From Candidatus Chromulinivoraceae bacterium (GTDB taxonomy: Bacteria > Patescibacteriota > Saccharimonadia > Saccharimonadales > Saccharimonadaceae), in assembly GCA_035478595.1 (NCBI GenBank), contig DATIJL010000010.1:35733-99732 (forward strand): a DNA stretch of 64,000 nucleotides, written 5' to 3'. Numbering within the stretch: the first letter of the stretch is position 1; each line of letters opens with the position of its first letter. A model generated the notes under the pieces. It was given only the letters and a program-made list of their open reading frames with translations, did not search any database and had not been told where the DNA came from. The translations under genes and the position numbers were made by a program. This document shows positions 1 to 9,464 of the stretch, piece by piece.

Positions 1-276
1 CCCAGCACAGAACGTGACGTATGCTTTCAGGTATCACTTGAGACGGCGTATCAAAATGTTATTGATACTGCCGAGGCTGCCCTGGTAGACATTGAACTTG
101 AGGCGAATGTTATGCCAGTCGATATTTACCAGGCAGAAGGCTCGACGAAAAAGAATATCACCATTCGACTCGGTCTAACCTCTCACGAGAAGACACTTAC
201 GGGCGAAGAGGTCGCTTCAGTTATGGACATAGTCACAAGGCAAGTCGTCGCTGCTACTAGCGCAACCGTGATCTAG
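1..276 (+). CDS. pheT: phenylalanine--tRNA ligase beta subunit, C-terminal fragment (5' end outside window)
   Basis: Frame 1 is open from base 1 to TAG at 274-276. My translation ends ...KKNITIRLGLTSHEKTLTGEEVASVMDIVTRQVVAATSATVI, the pattern of the C-terminal FDX-ACB domain of PheT. It is absent from the ORF track because it has no start. Confidence 0.65.
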   Translation, partial: PSTERDVCFQVSLETAYQNVIDTAEAALVDIELEANVMPVDIYQAEGSTKKNITIRLGLTSHEKTLTGEEVASVMDIVTRQVVAATSATVI

Positions 277-353
277 ATCACATCAAATGTAATTGCGCAC
301 ATCCATAAAGAACGTGTATGATGGGGACATAACGTTTATGTTTAAGGTATATT

Positions 354-1271
354 GTGCGTAGAAGACTTGTTTTTAAGATAACAATCGTAACCCTCTTAGT
401 TGTGACAATCATTATGGCTGCTTGGTCGTATTTTAAAAATGTCAATGTGGCTGTATTAAATCCACAGGGAACTATCGCTAATCAGGAGAGGGGACTGATC
501 ATTTTTACGGTCATCTTAAGTTTAGTTGTAGTTATTCCAGTCTTCACTCTCTTAGGGATGATAGCTTGGAAATACCGCGAAAAAAATACCAAAAAAACCA
601 CGTATAGACCCAATTGGGATGGCAGTCGTTTGTTCGAGACAGTCTGGTGGGGAATTCCTTGTGTCATTATCCTGATTCTTTGTATTGTGACGTGGCAGAC
701 GAGCCACCAACTTGATCCGTATAAGCCATTGAGCTCGGATATTAAGCCTATTACCGTGCAAGTGGTTGCTTTGCAGTGGAAATGGCTCTTTATCTACCCT
801 GACCAGCATATAGCGAGCGTCAACCTTCTTGAAATTCCTGAAAAAACGCCAATTAATTTTCAAATTACCTCCGATGCTCCAATGAATGCCTTTTGGATTC
901 CAAACCTAGGCTCACAGGTTTACGCTATGAGCGGTATGTCGTCGCAGTTACATTTAATGGCAGATACAACGGGTGACTACCCAGGCTCGTCATCTAATAT
1001 AAGCGGTACACATTTCGCTGACATGAAATTTATCGCGCGTGCGGTAAGCCGTGGTGATTTTGATACCTGGACAACACGGGCGCAACAAGGCTCAACGTTC
1101 GCTTGGAGTGAATATAAAAGCTTAGCACAGCCTGGTGTGGTGGCGCAGCCAACAAGCTATGACCTTGCTGATTCGAACCTTTATGCCGAAATTGTTGCTC
1201 AGTATCTACAACGACCGACAAAAAAGACCAATACGCAGAGCGGGCCGCAAATGAATATGGAAGGAATGTAA
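354..1271 (+). CDS. cyoA: cytochrome bo3-type quinol oxidase subunit II
   Basis: 305 aa with N-terminal TM helices and a cupredoxin-like domain. The CuA position reads GSSSNISGTHFADM (both Cys replaced by Ser), and MNAFWIPNLG replaces the His-containing motif, as in quinol rather than cytochrome c oxidases. First gene of a cyoABCDE-ordered operon. Confidence 0.9.
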   Translation: MRRRLVFKITIVTLLVVTIIMAAWSYFKNVNVAVLNPQGTIANQERGLIIFTVILSLVVVIPVFTLLGMIAWKYREKNTKKTTYRPNWDGSRLFETVWWGIPCVIILILCIVTWQTSHQLDPYKPLSSDIKPITVQVVALQWKWLFIYPDQHIASVNLLEIPEKTPINFQITSDAPMNAFWIPNLGSQVYAMSGMSSQLHLMADTTGDYPGSSSNISGTHFADMKFIARAVSRGDFDTWTTRAQQGSTFAWSEYKSLAQPGVVAQPTSYDLADSNLYAEIVAQYLQRPTKKTNTQSGPQMNMEGM

Positions 1272-1272
1272 A

Positions 1273-3273
1273 ATGATCAGTACGATAGGTAGTTTTTTAT
1301 TGGGACGACTTAATTGGAGCGCACTGCCTACGGAGCCTGTTACCCAGGGTGGGGCTGTGGGGGTTGTTGTACTTGGTATTTTGGCGGTAGCGGCAATGTT
1401 TTATTTTAAGAAATGGACATGGCTATGGAAAAATTGGATTACGACGCTTGACGCAAAGAAGATCGGTGTCATGTATATTATCGTCGCCATTCTTATGTTG
1501 CTTCGAGGTTTTTCGGACGCGTTAATGATTCGTGCACAGCAGGCACTGGCGAGCGGAAACGCCCATGGCATTGTTAGCTCGGACACGTTTCAACAAGTGT
1601 TTTCAGCACACGGTACCATTATGATTTTCTTTGTTGCGATGGGACTGATGTTTGGTATTATCAACCTTGTTTTGCCGCTGTTGCTTGGCGCACGCGATGT
1701 TGCCTTTCCATTTCTCAACTCGGTAAGTTTCTGGCTATTTGCGGCCGGCATGATTTTGATAAATGCTTCGCTTGTGATGGGCGGCTTTTCACCAGGAGGC
1801 TGGCTCGGCTACCCTCCACTTACGGAACTCGCGTATAATCCCGGACCTGGTGTTGACTACTGGATATGGTCACTCCAGATTGCAGGTATAGGTAGCTTGC
1901 TGTCGGGTATTAACTTTTTAGTTACTATACTTAAAAAACGTGCACCAGGCATGACGCTTATGAAAATGCCGATCTTTGCATGGAGCGTTTTGACGATGAC
2001 ATTATTAGTGATTTTTGCCTTTCCAATTTTGACCGCAACGCTTGGTATGCTCGGGCTCGATAGACTGATGGGTATGCACTTCTTCACATCCAGCTTTGGT
2101 GGTAACCCGATGATGTATATTAACCTCATCTGGGCATGGGGCCATCCAGAAGTGTACATACTTATTTTGCCGGCATTTGGTATTTTCTCTGAGATTGTAG
2201 CAACTTTTTCTCGTAAACGATTGTTTGGCTATAAAACGATGGTCGTGGCGCTATTCGGTATTACATTCTTGTCTTTCTTAGTGTGGCTGCATCACTTCTT
2301 TACCATGGGCGCCGGGGGGGATGTAAACGCTTTCTTCGGCATTATGACGATGATCATTGCCATTCCGACAGGGGTCAAGGTATTCAACTGGATCTTTACG
2401 ATGTACCAAGGAAAAATCAATTTCGCTACGCCTATGCGTTGGTTTATGAACTTTGTCGTAACCTTCACGATAGGTGGGGTGAGCGGCGTTCTTATGGCCG
2501 TGCCAGCAATCGACTTTCAGGTTCACAACAGCTTGTTTCTTGTTGCACACTTCCATAACGTCATTATTGGTGGCGTAGTATTTGGATATTTCGCAGGCTT
2601 GACGTACTGGTTTCCTAAAATCTTTGGGTTTAGACTTAATGAACGACTCGGAAAATACGCGGCATACTGTTGGATTGTAGGTTTTTTTGTTGCGTTTACA
2701 CCGTTATATATTCTTGGCCTTATGGGTGCAACCAGGCGGCTGGATCATTATGATGGGCAGGGTTGGCAAGCGCTGTTCATTATAGCGGGTGTCGGAACGC
2801 TCATTATTGCACTTGGTATTGGACTACAGCTACTGCAGCTTGGTGTAAGCATCTGGCAGCGCAAGAAGAACATTGATACGACAGGCGATCCATGGGACGG
2901 TCGTACACTAGAGTGGTCGGTTCCATCCCCTGCACCAGCCTATAATTTTGCCGTTATACCTACCGTTGCGGAGCGCGATCCATTTTGGGAAATGAAGGAA
3001 GCTCGAAAGTTAGGACATATGCCAAAGGCACCCGTTTATAAAGATGTATGGCTACCTAAGAATAGTGGGCTTGGCATAATAATTGCTGGTTCAGCATTCC
3101 TCGGTGGTTTTGGTCTTATTTGGCATGTATGGTGGCTTGCTGCCATAGCGGTTATTGGTGTTGCCGTGACCGTTGTTCTTCGTGCTAGTGACGACGATAC
3201 TGAGTATGTTATTACCGCAGCTGAAATGAAGAGTTTGGATGCGCCACACCACCAGAAAGGACAACTTGTATGA
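1273..3273 (+). CDS. cyoB: cytochrome bo3-type quinol oxidase subunit I (heme-copper oxidase)
   Basis: 666 aa polytopic protein with heme-copper oxidase hallmarks (WAWGHPEVYILILPAFG, LHHFFTMG, LVAHFHNVIIGG). Starts 1 nt after the cyoA stop. Confidence 0.95.
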   Translation: MISTIGSFLLGRLNWSALPTEPVTQGGAVGVVVLGILAVAAMFYFKKWTWLWKNWITTLDAKKIGVMYIIVAILMLLRGFSDALMIRAQQALASGNAHGIVSSDTFQQVFSAHGTIMIFFVAMGLMFGIINLVLPLLLGARDVAFPFLNSVSFWLFAAGMILINASLVMGGFSPGGWLGYPPLTELAYNPGPGVDYWIWSLQIAGIGSLLSGINFLVTILKKRAPGMTLMKMPIFAWSVLTMTLLVIFAFPILTATLGMLGLDRLMGMHFFTSSFGGNPMMYINLIWAWGHPEVYILILPAFGIFSEIVATFSRKRLFGYKTMVVALFGITFLSFLVWLHHFFTMGAGGDVNAFFGIMTMIIAIPTGVKVFNWIFTMYQGKINFATPMRWFMNFVVTFTIGGVSGVLMAVPAIDFQVHNSLFLVAHFHNVIIGGVVFGYFAGLTYWFPKIFGFRLNERLGKYAAYCWIVGFFVAFTPLYILGLMGATRRLDHYDGQGWQALFIIAGVGTLIIALGIGLQLLQLGVSIWQRKKNIDTTGDPWDGRTLEWSVPSPAPAYNFAVIPTVAERDPFWEMKEARKLGHMPKAPVYKDVWLPKNSGLGIIIAGSAFLGGFGLIWHVWWLAAIAVIGVAVTVVLRASDDDTEYVITAAEMKSLDAPHHQKGQLV

Positions 3274-3875
3274 GTGAACTTGTTATGAGCAATCAGGCAG
3301 AAAAAAGTATGAATAACGAGCAGAATCTTACCAAATCTCTTGGTTTTTGGATCTACCTTATGACTGATTGTGTGTTGTTTGCCAGTCTATTTGCGACCTA
3401 TGTCATCCTACGGGGTAGTACGTATGGTGGTCCATCTGGTCACGATGTATTTAATATGCCGGCGGTATTTGTTGAGACGATCTTGCTGCTCACTAGCAGC
3501 TTTACCTGCGGATTAGCTGTCGTCATGGCTAAAATTAATTACAAGCAGGCGGCGCTGGTTTTTTTGACGCTAACATTTGTGTTTGGTGCCGGCTTTTTGA
3601 CAATGGAGTTGAGTGAATTTAGTAACCTTGTGGCAGCGGGCCATAGTTGGCAAGCGAGTGCATTTTTGTCTGCATTCTTTACCTTAGTGGGCACACACGG
3701 TTTACATATTAGTGTTGGTTTATTATGGATTGCCGTGATGATTTTTCAGGTGATGAAACGCGGATTTACCGACGGTGTGCTGAGGCGGTTGACTCTATTT
3801 GCGCTGTTTTGGCACTTTTTGGATATTATATGGATATTCATTTTTACTATCGTGTACTTAATGGGGGTCGCGTAA
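3270..3875 (+). CDS. cyoC: quinol oxidase subunit III
   Basis: 201 aa, about 5 TM helices, C-terminal FWHFLDIIWIFIF motif. ATGA overlap with the cyoB stop. Confidence 0.9.
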   Translation: MSELVMSNQAEKSMNNEQNLTKSLGFWIYLMTDCVLFASLFATYVILRGSTYGGPSGHDVFNMPAVFVETILLLTSSFTCGLAVVMAKINYKQAALVFLTLTFVFGAGFLTMELSEFSNLVAAGHSWQASAFLSAFFTLVGTHGLHISVGLLWIAVMIFQVMKRGFTDGVLRRLTLFALFWHFLDIIWIFIFTIVYLMGVA

Positions 3876-3876
3876 T

Positions 3877-4233
3877 ATGGAAAAATCAAAAACTCTTTCA
3901 ATGTGGCCGTACATTGCTGGCTTTATCCTGTCGGTATTGCTTACATTTTCGGCTTATGAGTTTGTTGTTAACCACTATGTAGGTGGAGTAGGTTTGATTG
4001 CAATCATCGTAACGCTTGCCATTACGCAGCTTATTGTTCAATTGGTGTTTTTCCTTCATCTGGGTCGTGGAAAAGAGGCCAAGTGGAATCTTGCCGCGTT
4101 TCTATTTATGTTGATGATCCTTGTTATTCTAGTAGCTGGTTCGTTATGGATTATGTATAACCTCAATTACAATATGATGTCTCCAGATCAAATGAATAGT
4201 TATATGCAGGCGCAAAGTAAAGCGGGATTTTAG
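3877..4233 (+). CDS. cyoD: quinol oxidase subunit IV
   Basis: 118 aa, three TM helices, 1 nt after the cyoC stop. Size and position fit CyoD. Confidence 0.8.
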   Translation: MEKSKTLSMWPYIAGFILSVLLTFSAYEFVVNHYVGGVGLIAIIVTLAITQLIVQLVFFLHLGRGKEAKWNLAAFLFMLMILVILVAGSLWIMYNLNYNMMSPDQMNSYMQAQSKAGF

Positions 4234-4236
4234 TCG

Positions 4237-5100
4237 ATGGCTACGTTTAAAGATTACTATTCGCTTACGAAACCGGGGGTTCTGTACGGCAACGCGATAA
4301 CGGCGGCAGCCGGGTTTTTACTCGCGAGCCATGGCCACGTCGTTATTTGGCTATTTATAGCGCTCTGTGTGGGTTCGACTCTGATGATCGCTTCGGCGTG
4401 TGTACTTAATAACTTCCTTGACCAGGATATTGATAGCAAGATGGAGCGTACGAAAACGAGGGCAATAGTTGCCGGAAAAGTTAAAGGACGTGATGCGGTC
4501 ATTTTGTCGATCATTCTTGGTATAGTCGGGCTGTTTGTGCTTGTCCTATGGACGAATTGGTTAGTAGTAGCTGTGGGGCTTATAGGCTATATAGATTACG
4601 TCATATTTTATGGAATGCTTTCAAAAAGATTATCCATACATGGCACACTTGTGGGTAGTATATCGGGTGCGGTTCCAATTCTGGCTGGCTATGTGGCGGT
4701 GGCCGGACGTATTGATATTGGGGCAATTATTGTATTTGCTATCTTATTTTTATGGCAGATGCCGGAGTTTTATTCCATTGCCATTTACCGACAAAAAGAA
4801 TACAAGGCAGCCGGCGTTCCTGTCATATCTGTAGTTAAGGGTGTAAAAACAACGCGTGTCCAAATTTTTGCGTATACACTAGCATTTGTTGTCGTGACAC
4901 TTTTACTAACGGTCTATGGTTTTGCGGGTTATAGTTATTTTGTAGTGATGGCGCTCCTGGGCGCTTATTGGCTTTGGATTGCTTCACAGGGCTTGCACGC
5001 CAAAGACAGTGATACTTGGGCAAGGCATATGTTTCGGTTCTCATTGATCATTTTGTTGGTCTTCTGTGCAATGATTTCGTTGAATAGTCTTTTGCCATAA
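4237..5100 (+). CDS. cyoE: protoheme IX farnesyltransferase (heme O synthase)
   Basis: 287 aa polytopic protein with UbiA-type prenyltransferase motif NNFLDQDIDSKMERTKTR. Last gene of the oxidase operon. Confidence 0.9.
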   Translation: MATFKDYYSLTKPGVLYGNAITAAAGFLLASHGHVVIWLFIALCVGSTLMIASACVLNNFLDQDIDSKMERTKTRAIVAGKVKGRDAVILSIILGIVGLFVLVLWTNWLVVAVGLIGYIDYVIFYGMLSKRLSIHGTLVGSISGAVPILAGYVAVAGRIDIGAIIVFAILFLWQMPEFYSIAIYRQKEYKAAGVPVISVVKGVKTTRVQIFAYTLAFVVVTLLLTVYGFAGYSYFVVMALLGAYWLWIASQGLHAKDSDTWARHMFRFSLIILLVFCAMISLNSLLP

Positions 5101-5176
5101 GCGTGATCTTGATCTTAAGAGGTCAAGACGGTATGATAAAGAAAACGTTTCACCATAATACAGAAAGAGAAAACCT

Positions 5177-6376
5177 ATGAAAATTACGATAGTTGGCGGC
5201 GGATTTGGTGGAATCAAAGCAGCGCTCGAGCTTGCAAAGAACCGCAAAAATCACATTACACTCATCAGTGATAAGCCAGACTTTCAATACTACCCCGCAT
5301 TGTACAGTTCTGCGACGGGTCACAGTCACTTAGAATCGTGGGTTCCATTAGGTGAAATTTTCGCAGGTAAGAGCAATATTCGGGTGGTGCTCGATACAGT
5401 CGAAAAGATTGATACGATTAAGAAAGAATTGACCGGAAAAGCTGGGATGGTCTATCCGTATGAGCGTTGTATCCTCGCACTCGGATCTGTTACGACATAT
5501 TTCAATATTGAGGGACTCGAGACCTATGCATATGGTATAAAGTCCGAGGCTGAGATTAAGGCTCTAAAACATCACCTCTACTGTGCGATTGCTGAAAAGC
5601 ATGAGGTTGATAAGCATTATGTGGTAGTGGGTGCGGGTCCTACTGGCGTTGAACTTGCAGCAGCTCTTGGCTCGTATTTGCGGCAGCTATGTGATCATTA
5701 CGGTGTCAGTGATAGCAAGATTCGGATTCACTTGATCGAAGCAGCACCTCGTGTACTGCCAAAAATGAACGAGCACGTGAGTGCGCGCGTCGAAAAGCGT
5801 CTTAAAAAACTTGGCGTCAAAATTCAGCTTGGTAAGGCGGTTCAGTCAGAGACTGCAGATGAGATTATGGTAAGTGGTAAGCCAATCAAGAGTCATACGG
5901 TTATTTGGACCTCGGGCGTTATGAACAATCCATTCTATGCGGCCAATAAGGATCAATTCAAGTTTGCACCGCACGGGGGAAGAGTTGCGGTTGATCAGTA
6001 CATGCGAGCAGCTGATGACGTGTACGTGATTGGCGATAACGCAGCAACACTTTATACAGGGCTTGCACAAACGGCGCTTCATGATGCAAAATTTGTTGCC
6101 GCTAACATTAAACGCGAGCAACGAGGTATGCGGCCGTGGGAGTATCGTGCGGTCGAACCTATCCTTATCGTACCTGTGGGTGATCGCTGGTCGGCTTTCG
6201 AGTGGCATAAACTGCGGTTATACGGCTGGATAGGCGCACTTCTTAGACGAGCAGCTGATTTTGTTGGGTACTCAGATGTACTACCTATTGGTCAGGCTCT
6301 TGGTGTATGGCGGGCATCTACTGTTATGGAGGACGACTACTTTACACCTTCCGCTCCAGACGAACCGTCGAAATAA
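5177..6376 (+). CDS. ndh: type II NADH dehydrogenase (NDH-2 family flavoprotein)
   Basis: 399 aa with two Rossmann dinucleotide motifs (IVGGGFGG and VVGAGPTGVE) and no TM segments. Lies directly downstream of the oxidase operon. Confidence 0.8.
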   Translation: MKITIVGGGFGGIKAALELAKNRKNHITLISDKPDFQYYPALYSSATGHSHLESWVPLGEIFAGKSNIRVVLDTVEKIDTIKKELTGKAGMVYPYERCILALGSVTTYFNIEGLETYAYGIKSEAEIKALKHHLYCAIAEKHEVDKHYVVVGAGPTGVELAAALGSYLRQLCDHYGVSDSKIRIHLIEAAPRVLPKMNEHVSARVEKRLKKLGVKIQLGKAVQSETADEIMVSGKPIKSHTVIWTSGVMNNPFYAANKDQFKFAPHGGRVAVDQYMRAADDVYVIGDNAATLYTGLAQTALHDAKFVAANIKREQRGMRPWEYRAVEPILIVPVGDRWSAFEWHKLRLYGWIGALLRRAADFVGYSDVLPIGQALGVWRASTVMEDDYFTPSAPDEPSK

Positions 6377-6430
6377 TCGTCTCAATCTGCTATACTGTAA
6401 CGAGCAAAAATAGTGAGGGAATATTTCAAG

Positions 6431-7129
6431 ATGGCGACACCAAAAAGTCAGCGCATTGGTATTTGGGTTATTGCGATTGTTATGATTATCGGTACGATAG
6501 GCTCATTTGCTGTTATGATTTTAGCAAGCAAGAACAGTAAGGTTGATCAAGCTCGCGTACAACAATTATCGGCTCAATATCAAAAAGATTATCAGGCATA
6601 TCAGACCAAAGTCAGCTCTCAGGCTGATCAACTGTCGACTCAATATTATAGCGATTTCAACAGCTACTCGAGTCAAGTGGGTAAGTTTGATACTGGCAGT
6701 GTAAAGTCACTTCAGACAAACGACTTGAAGGTGGGGACGGGCGCTGCTCTTACGAAGACCTCGACCTTTACCGCATATTACATTGGCTGGACGCCGGATG
6801 GCAATATTTTTGATAGTTCGATAGACAGTGGTAAGCTGAAGGCTCCTATTAGTGCTGCACCAGGTGGTGTTATCACTGGATGGACTAACAGTGTCGACGG
6901 TATGAAAGTTGGTGGTGTACGTGAACTTACTATTCCAGCTGATCAAGGTTATGGCGCCAAAGGCAGCGGGGATAAAATTCCACCAAACTCACCACTCAAG
7001 TTTATTATTATGGTCATCCCAACTCCTGATGTAATTGCGCAGCCTGCGGTTCCACAAGAATTGATTGACTACTATAACAGTACTGGTGCGTCATCAACTC
7101 CAACAAACGCAAGTTCAAATAGTAATTAA
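6431..7129 (+). CDS. membrane-anchored FKBP-type peptidyl-prolyl cis-trans isomerase
   Basis: N-terminal TM helix (IGIWVIAIVMIIGTIGSFAVMIL), a Q/S-rich linker and a C-terminal FKBP fold (GVRELTIPADQGYGAKG...PLKFIIMVI). Start moved from the track's GTG 6413 to ATG 6431. Confidence 0.8.
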   Translation: MATPKSQRIGIWVIAIVMIIGTIGSFAVMILASKNSKVDQARVQQLSAQYQKDYQAYQTKVSSQADQLSTQYYSDFNSYSSQVGKFDTGSVKSLQTNDLKVGTGAALTKTSTFTAYYIGWTPDGNIFDSSIDSGKLKAPISAAPGGVITGWTNSVDGMKVGGVRELTIPADQGYGAKGSGDKIPPNSPLKFIIMVIPTPDVIAQPAVPQELIDYYNSTGASSTPTNASSNSN

Positions 7130-7167
7130 TGCTATACTTAATATAGTAAATATAATAGGAAAACAAA

Positions 7168-8112
7168 ATGGAAGATACAGTTCGAGATGTTGTAATGATT
7201 GGCGCCGGTCCAAGTGCTTTAGCGGCTGCCGTCTACACGACTCGTGAAGCAATTGATACCGTATTATACGAAAAAAGCGTCATTGGTGGCCTTGCAGCAA
7301 TAACCGACCAAGTAGACAACTACCCTGGATTTCCCGATGGAGTTCCTGGTTTAGAGTTAGCGGAGCGACTTGAAAAACAAGCTGAACGCTTTGGTGCGCA
7401 TATTGAATATGGTGATGTATCTTCTATTCGGGATGAGGGCGACATAAAAGTTGTTATCGTGGATGATCAAGAAGTCAAAGCACGCGCCGTGCTTATTGCA
7501 ACGGGTAGTGACTATAATAAAATTGGCGTTCCGGGTGAGAAGGAATATTATGGCCGTGGCGTTCACTACTGTGCAACATGTGATGGAGCGTTTTATCGCG
7601 ACAAACGACTTGTTGTAGTGGGCGGCGGTAACTCAGGGTATCAAGAAGCACTCTTTTTGACTCGGTTTGCTTCTCACATTGATTTGCTTGTTCGCAGTAC
7701 AGTAAAGGCAAGTGAAATTTTGCAGCAGCAAATGCAAGAATACGTTGATAATGGTAAGGTAACCGTTCATCTGCAAACCGCTGTAGACGAAATTGTCGCA
7801 GTTGATAAAAGAGTTGTTGGAGTTAAAGCCACAAAAGACGGTCAATCGGTTACATTTGACTGTGATGGTGTTTTTGTATTTGTTGGGCTTAAACCTAACA
7901 CTCAGTTCTTAGCTGGTAGTGGCATCGAGCTTGATGCACAGGGGCTCGTTAAAACTGATCAACACCTTTCTACGAACATTCGCGGTATTTATGCCAGCGG
8001 TGATGTACGGAGTGGTGCGACTATGCAGGTAGCGAGTGCAGTTGGTGAGGGTGCTACGGCTGCGCTCTCGATTCGAGAGTATCTAGACGATTTTAAACAT
8101 AAGAATAAGTAG
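7168..8112 (+). CDS. trxB: thioredoxin-disulfide reductase
   Basis: 314 aa with FAD motif IGAGPSALAAAVY, redox-active CATCDG and NADPH motif GGGNSG. Confidence 0.9.
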   Translation: MEDTVRDVVMIGAGPSALAAAVYTTREAIDTVLYEKSVIGGLAAITDQVDNYPGFPDGVPGLELAERLEKQAERFGAHIEYGDVSSIRDEGDIKVVIVDDQEVKARAVLIATGSDYNKIGVPGEKEYYGRGVHYCATCDGAFYRDKRLVVVGGGNSGYQEALFLTRFASHIDLLVRSTVKASEILQQQMQEYVDNGKVTVHLQTAVDEIVAVDKRVVGVKATKDGQSVTFDCDGVFVFVGLKPNTQFLAGSGIELDAQGLVKTDQHLSTNIRGIYASGDVRSGATMQVASAVGEGATAALSIREYLDDFKHKNK

Positions 8113-8113
8113 C

Positions 8114-8144
8114 AAAATACGCCGGCAACTAGTCGGCGTATTTT
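8114..8144. terminator. bidirectional intrinsic terminator between trxB and the convergent phosphodiesterase gene
   Basis: Perfect 11-bp stem aaaatacgccg / cggcgtatttt with a 9-nt loop. A-run on one side and T-run on the other. Overlaps the stop codon of the minus-strand gene. Confidence 0.7.
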
Positions 8145-8827
8145 TTTATTTCAGAGAGGATAATGTCTGGACGATCAGTAACGACAGCGTCTAGGCCTTG
8201 TTCCGCAAGTTTTAACGCGGTATGTGGTCGGTTGACCGTATATGCGTAAGTAAAGATCCCCGCGCGTTTTGCGATTTCGAGCGCAAACCGATTAATATAG
8301 AGGCGATGAAAGCCAACTGCTGTAAGCTGGAGTTTTCTATGATAGGCAATGAAAATAAATGGATTTTCACTATGTAAGAGACCTAGATTTGCATTTTTAC
8401 TAACCGATCTAATGCTGGAGAGCTCGGAACCTTTGAACGATGAGAGAATAATATTATCCCACTGTTCCTGTTTTTTTATGTAACGGTTTTTGATCAGTTC
8501 GGCAACAATCTTACCAGCGCCCCTACCTTTAATTTCGATGTTTAATACAATGACACCAAAAAAATCATCTAATACTCTAGTGAGCGGCACGATAGGATTA
8601 TCTTTTATTTTTTCTTCAAGTTCTTTTAAGGTGTGGCGACCAATAATTGAGGCGTCGTGGTGAGTGCGAAGTGTATGGAAATCATGACTTAAGACGGGAA
8701 TCTTGTCTTTTGTCAAACGAATGTCGAATTCAAGCATGTCTGCACCGGCTTTAATACCGGCACGCATAGCCTTAAGGCTGTTCTCGGGCGCTAAGCCGGC
8801 GGCCCCCCGGTGTCCAATCACTAACAT
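8129..8827 (-). CDS. glycerophosphodiester phosphodiesterase family protein
   Basis: Product starts MLVIGHRGAAGLAPENSL...EFDIRLTKD, the GDPD signature. The track ORF extends 50 codons further upstream (to 8977) across the divergent ppa start, so I use the internal ATG at 8827. Confidence 0.8.
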   Translation of the reverse strand: MLVIGHRGAAGLAPENSLKAMRAGIKAGADMLEFDIRLTKDKIPVLSHDFHTLRTHHDASIIGRHTLKELEEKIKDNPIVPLTRVLDDFFGVIVLNIEIKGRGAGKIVAELIKNRYIKKQEQWDNIILSSFKGSELSSIRSVSKNANLGLLHSENPFIFIAYHRKLQLTAVGFHRLYINRFALEIAKRAGIFTYAYTVNRPHTALKLAEQGLDAVVTDRPDIILSEIKKYAD

Positions 8828-8885
8828 AATTGTTTTCAAGTATAACAAATTTGTTACAATAGGGACAGTTAAGCAAAGGAGACCT

Positions 8886-9416
8886 ATGGCTGATTTTAAT
8901 AAAATTCTCACGCCCGGCAATGTAAGTGACGGTACGATCAATGTTGTTATCGAAATTCCTGCTGGCAGTATGCACAAAATTGAATGGAACCGCGATCTTG
9001 CTGTGATGCAACTTGATCGTGTGGAGCCTTCAGTTTTCGCAAAACCAACAAACTACGGATTTATTCCACAAACACTTGATGAAGATGGTGATGAACTAGA
9101 TGTTCTACTGGTGACAGACGCACCACTTCCAACAGGTATCTTTTTGGAAGCAAAAATTATTGGTGTTATGAAGTTTGAAGACGACGGCGAAGTAGACGAC
9201 AAGATCGTTGCAGTACCTGCCGATGATCGTAATACTGGTAATGCGGTCAATGCACTAAGTGATTTGCCACAACAACTTATTAAGCAGATTGAGTTCCACT
9301 TTAATCACTATAAAGATCTTAAGAAGCCTGGTACGACTACTGTAAAGAGTTGGGATGATAGTGAAGAGGCAAAGCGAGTTATCGCAGAGTCTATTGAGCG
9401 TTGGAATAATCGATAG
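8886..9416 (+). CDS. ppa: inorganic pyrophosphatase (family I)
   Basis: 176 aa starting MADFNKILTPG after RBS aaggag. Motifs VVIEIPAGS, DGDELDVLLV and KIVAVPADD. The track ORF start at 8703 is an antisense-overlapping extension. Confidence 0.9.
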   Translation: MADFNKILTPGNVSDGTINVVIEIPAGSMHKIEWNRDLAVMQLDRVEPSVFAKPTNYGFIPQTLDEDGDELDVLLVTDAPLPTGIFLEAKIIGVMKFEDDGEVDDKIVAVPADDRNTGNAVNALSDLPQQLIKQIEFHFNHYKDLKKPGTTTVKSWDDSEEAKRVIAESIERWNNR

Positions 9417-9430
9417 TACTTCTTCTGAGT

Positions 9431-9464
9431 AAAAATAACCCGCGGTTTTAAGCGGGTTATTTTT
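9431..9464. terminator. bidirectional intrinsic terminator between ppa and rel
   Basis: Perfect 13-bp stem aaaaataacccgc / gcgggttattttt with an 8-nt loop. Confidence 0.75.

Noticed and set aside
2278-2558. Paired 91-92-aa ORFs on both strands inside cyoB, and many other 60-120-aa antisense or out-of-frame track ORFs inside conserved genes
   Set aside because: They are fully embedded in genes with strong homology-type motifs and lack RBSs. They are typical shadow ORFs.
8703-8977. Mutually overlapping N-terminal extensions of the divergent ppa and phosphodiesterase ORFs in the track
   Set aside because: Both extensions are antisense to each other and add non-homologous residues. Conserved N-termini (MADFNKIL after aaggag; MLVIGHRG) begin at internal ATGs. 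The same logic applies to the track starts 20143 (uvrB), 27638 (gatC), 32707 (yeaQ-like), 33701, 50749-51351, 52739 (nusA) and 54011 (clpC).
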